From assembly GCF_021028975.2 (NCBI RefSeq), contig NC_059429.1, positions 67,270,001 through 67,334,000 of the forward strand: DNA of 64,000 bases, in the 5' to 3' direction. The notes under the pieces were generated by a model. The model searched no databases, was not told the origin of the DNA, and saw only the letters and a list, made by a program, of their open reading frames with translations. The translations under genes and the position numbers were made by a program. Of this stretch, positions 62,705 to 64,000 are shown piece after piece; the first letter of the stretch is position 1; each line of letters opens with the position of its first letter. This DNA is from Sphaerodactylus townsendi (lineage: Eukaryota).

Positions 62705-64000
62705 CCTATCCCACGGTATTAAAAGAACTGGCAGAAGTCCTCTGAGAACCACTTGCTATAATCTTTGAGAACTCCTGGAGAACAGGAGAACTCCCAATGG
62801 AGGGCTAATGTTATCCCCATTTTCAAAAAGGGGAAAAATGAGGACCCTAATAATTAATGTCCAGTCAGCCTGACATCAATACCAGGGAATATTCTGGAGC
62901 AGATCATTAGACAGACAGTCTGCCAGCACTTGGAAGGGAATACTGTGATCACAAAAAGTCAGCATGGGTTTCTGAAAAACAAGTCATGCCAGACCAATCG
63001 TATCTCTTTTTTTGATAAAGTGACAAGCTTGGTAGACTAAGGGAATGCTGTGGACGTAGCATACCTGGATTTTAGTAAAGTTTTTGACAAGGTGCTCCAT
63101 AATATTCTCGCAAGTAAACTAGTGAAATGTGGACTAGACAATGCTACTATTAGATGGATTTCTAATTGGTTGTCTGATCGAACTCAAAGGGTGCTAATTA
63201 ATGGCTCATCTTCATCCTGGAAAGAAGTGACTAGTGGGGTGCCACAGGGTTCTGTCCTGGGCCCAATGCTATTCAATATTTTTATCAACGACTTGGATAA
63301 TGGAATAGAGGGCATGCTAATAAAATTTGCAGATGACACCAAATTAGGAGGGGTAGCTAATACCCCAGAGGACAGAGTCAGAATTCAAAATGACCTAGAC
63401 AGATTAGACAGCTGGGCCAAAACAAACAAAATGAGTTTCAACAGAGATAAATTTAAGATACTACACTTAGGCAGAAAAAATGAAATGCACAGATATAGGA
63501 TAGGTGACACCTGGCTTGACAACACTACATGCAAAAGGGATCTGGGAGTCTTAGTTGACCATAAACTAAATATGAGTCAGCAGCGTGATGCGGTGGCCAA
63601 GAAAGCCGATGCGATTCTGGGTTGTATCAATAGAAGTATAGTGTCAAGATCGAGGGATGTAATTGTACCTCTCTATTCTGCATTGGTTAAACCTCACCTG
63701 GAATAATGTGTACAGTTCTGGACACCACAGTTCAGGAGGGATATAGACCGGTTGGAGTGGGTCCAGAGGAGGGCAACCAAAATGGTAAAGGGTCTGGAGT
63801 CTCTACAAAGAGAGGCTTAGGGAGCTGGGGATGTTTAGTCTGGAGAAGTGTAGGTTAAGGGGTGACATGATAGCCATGTTTAAATATTTGAAGGGATGTC
63901 ATGTCGAAGAGGGAGCAAGCTTGTTTTCTGCTGCCTCAGAGACTAGGACACGGAGTAATGGATTCAAGGTGAAGGAAAAGAGATTCCACCTAAACATTAG
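62705..64000 (+). mobile_element. CR1 LINE ORF2 (RT), 5'-truncated, runs off the window edge
   Basis: ORF 63050..63706 with YLDFSK.FDKV, SGVPQGSVLGP.LFNIFINDL, KFADDTKL, RDLGVLVD, LYSALVKPHLE; in-frame stops on both sides. Confidence 0.95.

Overview
Eukaryotic genomic DNA from a squamate reptile, probably a gecko (inferred from the repeat content). It carries the conserved vertebrate block ZFYVE9 - BTF3L4 - TXNDC12/KTI12 - RAB3B. Three coding sequences could be fully reconstructed by hand: BTF3L4 (minus strand, 5 coding exons, 158 aa), TXNDC12/ERp18 (plus strand, 7 exons, 170 aa, WCGAC active site, C-terminal GDEL) and intronless KTI12 (258 aa), which is nested on the same strand in TXNDC12 intron 2. 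BTF3L4 and TXNDC12 share a ~1 kb bidirectional promoter with ZNF143/THAP11, YY1 and TCT-like motifs. GC-rich first exons at ~1.0-1.3 kb (minus) and ~45.3-45.5 kb (plus) are assigned to ZFYVE9 and RAB3B by synteny only; no coding exon of either was found. The rest is transposon-rich (CR1, L2, RTE-X-like and Rex1/Babar-like LINEs, tRNA-derived SINEs, a solo LTR, Tc/mariner, Harbinger and hAT MITEs) with two N gaps. The most notable non-gene signal is a set of short, TSD-flanked, fold-back Penelope-like insertions carrying minimal type I hammerhead ribozyme cores, ranging from intact to dead, plus remnants of two older hammerhead-bearing families. KTI12 also has a reduced ATPase domain.
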